A stretch of 13,554 nucleotides of DNA, filler included, from Microthyrium microscopicum (Eukaryota): assembly GCA_010405405.1 (NCBI GenBank). It is 11 parts of 11 records of this genome, joined end to end, with 100 filler letters (N's around TTAATTAATTAA, not from the genome) between each part and the next. Parts side by side here need not be neighbours in the genome. Positions count along the whole stretch, not along the records: positions 9,003 to 10,113 come from MU004284.1; positions 10,214 to 11,291 come from MU004285.1; positions 11,392 to 12,451 come from MU004286.1; positions 12,552 to 13,554 come from MU004287.1; 7 more parts are not named here. The stretch is one strand, 5' to 3'. The position numbers and the translations under genes were made by a program. Below the pieces are notes generated by a model. It saw nothing but the letters and a program-made list of their open reading frames with translations. It did not search any database and was not told where the DNA came from. Of this stretch, positions 9,005-13,554 are shown in pieces. The stretch's first letter is position 1. The number at the start of each line of letters is the position of its first letter.

Positions 9005-9967
9005 CTTAAACCTTATATTAAATATATCTTTACTAATACTAAAGATAAAAAGTTTAAGAAGTTTATATTTAATAAAGCTAATTAGCTAGTATTAAAGCAT
9101 TTAAAGAATATTTTAGGCTATTTTAAAACCCCTACTATTATTTTATAAGGGTAGATTTATACTACAGTTAATTAAACGCTTTTATATATTTATTAATTAT
9201 TTAAAAATTTAGAAGATTAAATGCTTAAATTTTCTATATCTCTTAATTCTATTATATTAGAAGATTATCCTAAGTATAAATACTTTATTAATACTATTAA
9301 GAAAGGCCTTAATAAGCTAAAAGAATACTATCCTCGTAAGATTATAAATTAAGAAGTAGTAGAAAATCTAAAGCCTTTTATTATAGCTTTAATTTTAGAC
9401 CCTAGATATAAAATAATATACTTTATAAATAATCCTTATAGCTTATTATTTTACTATCCTTAGATTTTAATAGACGTTACTAATTTATTTAAAGAAGAGT
9501 ATAATTTAGCTAAAATAAAACTAAATCCTACTTCTTTAAATTAAGAAAGTAGTAATTTAGATCCTATTTTAGACGATAATAAAAATACGTTTTTTATTCT
9601 TATTACTAATAATAATACTACTACTATTAAAGAAGAGTATATTTATTATTTAGGATAAGAACGTGAGCATCCTAAAAAACACCCTTTAGATTACTAAGTT
9701 AAAAACTAAAATTAATTTCCTATTTTATTTTATTTAGCTAAAAAATACTTAATAATACCTAGTACTTCTACTAGTGCTAAAAGTATATTTAGTATTAGAG
9801 TAGATATTATTTTAAATAATAGAAATAAACTACTAGCAGAGACTAGTAAAAGGATTATTTAGCTTAAAAACTAGAAATTAGTAAATATTAATAAGTTTAA
9901 AAAATTATTATTATATAAATCTAGAGATGAGGATAGTAGTAAAAGTGAGGTAGAGAGTAATTATTAA
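9005..9967 (+). mobile_element. RIP-inactivated hAT-superfamily DNA transposase, C-terminal half including the dimerisation domain (pseudogene)
   Basis: All motifs lie in frame +2: *LVLKHLKNILGYFKTPTIIL*G*IYTT (W..L..L..IL..F...T..LQG..Y.T), then KLKEYY, then ALILDPRYK (9386-9412). 9683-9874 reads PLDY*VKN*N*FPILFYLAKKYLIIPSTSTSAKSIFSIRVDIILNNRNKLLAETSKRII*LKN*, matching the Dimer_Tnp_hAT pattern PL.WW......FP.L..LA..YL.IP.TS...E..FS..G.....R..L......LK.W. An acidic/Ser tail follows. The true stop is uncertain. Confidence 0.92.
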
Positions 9968-10113
9968 TATAGTAGAGTTAGTTAGGTTTATCTTTTAGGC
10001 GTTAAGGAGTTATAGGTATTAGTTTAAATAGAAAATATAAAAAGATTAGTTAAAACTAAAATATTATTATTAAAAGTAAAAATAAGTATAAGATTATTAA
10101 GTATTAGAGTATA

Positions 10114-10213
10114 NNNNNNNNNNNNNNNNNNNNNNNNNNNNNNNNNNNNNNNNNNNNTTAATTAATTAANNNNNNNNNNNNNNNNNNNNNNNNNNNNNNN
10201 NNNNNNNNNNNNN
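10114..10213. other. Artificial contig linker
   Basis: N44-TTAATTAATTAA-N44. Confidence 0.98.
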
Positions 10214-11291
10214 TACCTAGAGGCCCTTATAGCTTAGAACTTAGTACTATTATACTCTAATACATTATAGTAGAATTAGTTTAGAAAGTAATAAGCAAAA
10301 CTTAAGTAAAAGAATAATAATTAAAGTAACTTAGAAATAGTAAAGCTTAGTTTATAAGCTTAAGTAAAATAGTATTTAGAATAATAATACTTAGTAGAAA
10401 AGGATATAAGCTAAAGTAGAGTACTTAGACTAATTAAAATAATATAAAATTATAACTACTAATATTAAAAACATATATACTTATATACCTACTTTTTAAG
10501 ACTCTATTAGTATTTAAGTAGAAATAGTAAGTTATTATAATATTATCTTTTTCTATAATCTATTTAGATAATTAGATCTATTATATTAAGGGACTTTAAT
10601 ATATACTTAATATAATTACTTATTTATTAAATAAACTTAAAGTATATTATATATAAATATTAAGATTTATATTTACTAATTAAATTAAAAATTCTTACTA
10701 AATTTAGTATGTTTTCTAGTTCCCTAGAAAAAAATAATAAGTATATTTTTTTATATAAAAATACTTACTATTTTACGCTATATCTAGCTATAGAATTTTT
10801 ATATTCTTAATTATCTATTTTGTTTTTAAATATTAGTTTTAAACTTAATATATTCCTACTTTTAATAGAGTAGACTTTACTAGCTATACTTATAGTACTT
10901 ATAATAGCTACTCTACTATTCTTTTTATTACTTATAGCTTAGTTATTATAACGTTATAGTATTATAACTATTATAGTATTAATATTATATTACTTTAAAT
11001 TAATCTTATCTTTAGTCTTAAAATACTATTTACTATACTTATTTATTATTATAGTAAAACTACTCTCTTCTCTCTTTATAAAATTATCTTTATAATTTAT
11101 CTAAACTCTCTATACTACCTTAGTAGAATATCTTTAGTAACTCTATTTTTATAATTAAGACTATTTTATAAAATATATTAAGATTATATATATAACTTCT
11201 TAATATAATATTAACTATAAAAAATATAAATAAAGTAGAAACTATTTATAGTAAGAATAAGACTTAAAATATATAGTATAGTATAAATATA
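10214..11291. repeat. RIP-mutated repeat-derived contig, unclassified
   Basis: RIP dinucleotide signature, no confidently recognised domain. Confidence 0.7.
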
Positions 11292-11391
11292 NNNNNNNNN
11301 NNNNNNNNNNNNNNNNNNNNNNNNNNNNNNNNNNNTTAATTAATTAANNNNNNNNNNNNNNNNNNNNNNNNNNNNNNNNNNNNNNNNNNNN
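11292..11391. other. Artificial contig linker
   Basis: N44-TTAATTAATTAA-N44. Confidence 0.98.
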
Positions 11392-11620
11392 TTAGAATTA
11401 TAATACTCTATCTTCTTAATACTATAACTTTTTCTTTTTATAAGTAATCTATAAGTATATTACTTACTTAAAATCTTAAAAGTTTTTAAAACTATATCTT
11501 TCTAGAGTTCTTAATTTAACTTATACCTTTTCTATGCTCTATCTATATTCTTTTTACCTATCTTTAATATTTTTAACTTTTTAATATATATTTTAATAGC
11601 GTTTTAATTATTCTCTTATA

Positions 11621-12451
11621 ATGTCTTCTTATTATTATTTTAGTAATTTATATAGTAGTAGTTTATCTTATTAGGACCTTATTAACGTTAATTTCTTTAA
11701 TAATAATAACTTTATTAATAATAGTAATTTATAAGAGAGTAAGTAGTTAGTTAACCTTAACTTAGGTAATTATTCTTTAGGAATATATTACGCTTTTTAG
11801 GAGTTCTAATAATCTTAGTAACGTAGTAGCTAACCTTCTAAGCATATAACTTATTAGCGTTCTATTACTCTTTATACTTTATAGAGTTCTTAGCGCGCTC
11901 TTAAGGGGCTTAAGTTATATAATTATAACTTAGTCTAACTTACTAACTAGGTAGCCCTCTTAAAGCCTTAGGGAGGCTTATTAACTCTTTACGTCTTATT
12001 ACTCTTAGGTTATATTATTACTAGTACTAATCTGCTATTTATTTCTTATTTAGCCTAACGTAGTATTAATAGCTTTTATTACCTACTCTAAGTACTTTTT
12101 AGTACTACTATAATTAACTTAATTACTAACTCTACTCTATAGCTAACCTATACTTTATACGCCTCTTAGGCTAATAGAAAACGTTATTATAAGGATACTT
12201 TATTACTAGAGCCTTTATAGCTATCTACTACTTATCTTATAATTAAGAAGTAGACTACTTACTAGAGTACTTTTGCGCTACTCTATACGTTATTCCTAGA
12301 TAGTAAGAAGTCTAAGTTAGATAACTTATCTAGTAAGCTAGAAGATATAGACCTAAGTCCTATAGCCTAGACTACTTAGTAGTAGGCCTTTATAGTAAGT
12401 ATATTATAAGTAACTTACCTAATTCTTTTACTAACTTATACCTTTATAGAA
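11621..12451 (+). pseudogene. RIP-mutated 5' part of an intron-containing gene (low-complexity S/P/Q/R/D-rich N-terminus), family unknown
   Basis: A pyrimidine-rich leader precedes ATG TCT TCT at 11621. 258 codons follow, then a 55-nt intron-like segment GTAAGT (12395)...TACTAAC (12429-12435)...TAG (12447-12449). De-RIP reading is plausible (MSSRRRSSDS...DDDDF...RKRRRKD) but ambiguous. Confidence 0.5.
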
Positions 12452-12551
12452 NNNNNNNNNNNNNNNNNNNNNNNNNNNNNNNNNNNNNNNNNNNNTTAAT
12501 TAATTAANNNNNNNNNNNNNNNNNNNNNNNNNNNNNNNNNNNNNNNNNNNN
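12452..12551. other. Artificial contig linker
   Basis: N44-TTAATTAATTAA-N44. Confidence 0.98.
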
Positions 12552-13554
12552 GTATTTTTTATATTAATTTTTTTCTTTTAAAAAAAAGTCTTAACGTTTT
12601 TAACGTTAATATATTCTATATTAATATATTATATTACGCTAAGTTAATCTATAGCAATATAGATAGTTTTTAACTATTAATTAATTAATATTTTAGTTAT
12701 ACTAAATACTATAACTACTTATTGCCTAGAGATACTATATATAAGATATAAATAATATTACTACTCTTTATTAGTTATAGCTTACTATAGACTACTATCT
12801 ATAGTAAGCTTATTAATAATAACTAATTACCTCCTTATTTAGAGATTTTATTTTATAAATAGGCTTACTAGTTATAATAGAGTAATTCTAGTATATCTTT
12901 TAAGTTTAATCTTATTTTTCCTTTATCTATTTTTTTAATAATACTCTCCTAAGACTATAGTTCTATATAATCTATTATACTTACGTAGTAGTTATACTCT
13001 AGGCTAGGGTATAGTAATTAGATTATTCTATATATTAAAGAAGCTTACGTTTTATAATATAGAGGAAAGTTAGTTAAAAACTAGTATATTATTTAAATAC
13101 TATCTAAACTAAATATTAGTAAGTTAGTAATTAGGAGGAAGGTTACCTAAAAACTAAAGCTAACTACCACAATTTTCTACTATAATCTTTAATTAAACTA
13201 AGCTATATAAAGACTTTCTAATATTATTATAGCCTTATTATTATTATATATAGAGATAATTCTATATAGTACCTTATATTCTTAGGAAGTATAAGTACTA
13301 TATTAAGAATAATATAAATAGTATAAGTAGGTTATAGGATCGTTAATCTATATAAACTATAGGCTCTTAATTTTACTAAAAGTATTCCTATTTATAAAAA
13401 GTAATCTTACCTTAATTTAGTATTAATAGGTATATCTAATACGTTAGCCCTAACGCATAATAAAGGTTATACTCTTTACTTTAGTATAAAGTATATATCT
13501 TTTCTAAGAAAGTTAAGTTTATTAAGTAAGGACTTTAAGTAGCCTTATTAAAGT
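12552..13554. repeat. RIP-mutated repeat-derived contig, unclassified
   Basis: RIP dinucleotide signature, no recognisable domain. Confidence 0.7.

Noticed and set aside
10214..10450. Possible Gypsy integrase GPY motif and chromodomain (GPYSLEL...YLVE / GYKLK*ST*)
   Set aside because: It needs a frameshift and the spacing is off. Too weak in low-complexity RIP DNA, but worth a profile search.
1327..12507. TTAATTAATTAA recurring every ~1.2 kb as a biological repeat
   Set aside because: It is always centred in N44 flanks, so it is an assembly linker.
1..13554. AT-rich DNA as mitochondrial, endosymbiont or alternative-genetic-code sequence
   Set aside because: Specific CpA/TpG loss, stops at conserved W/Q/R codons and nuclear transposon domains are explained by RIP, not by recoding.

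Overview
This window is not contiguous DNA. It is 11 short contigs (>=1282, 1260, 1181, 1180, 1154, 1130, 1115, 1111, 1078, 1060 and 1003 bp) sorted by decreasing length and joined by an artificial 100-bp linker (N44-TTAATTAATTAA-N44, stops in all six frames). That layout fits the tail of a concatenated set of unplaced contigs. Nine contigs are extremely AT-rich, almost lack CpA/TpG and are full of TpA, the signature of repeat-induced point mutation (RIP) in a filamentous ascomycete. Reversing RIP by eye identifies a Ty3/Gypsy pol fragment (RNase H + integrase, minus strand, contig 1), a hAT transposase C-terminal half (contig 8) and an unidentified intron-containing gene (contig 10). Two contigs show no RIP signature. 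Contig 3 is a modular nested tandem repeat. Contig 5 is an intergenic-like stretch with repeated TCACGTCA/TTGGCC motifs ahead of a possible chromodomain gene start cut by the contig end. No intact gene is present, and I cannot support a new multi-gene system because neighbouring contigs are not biologically adjacent.
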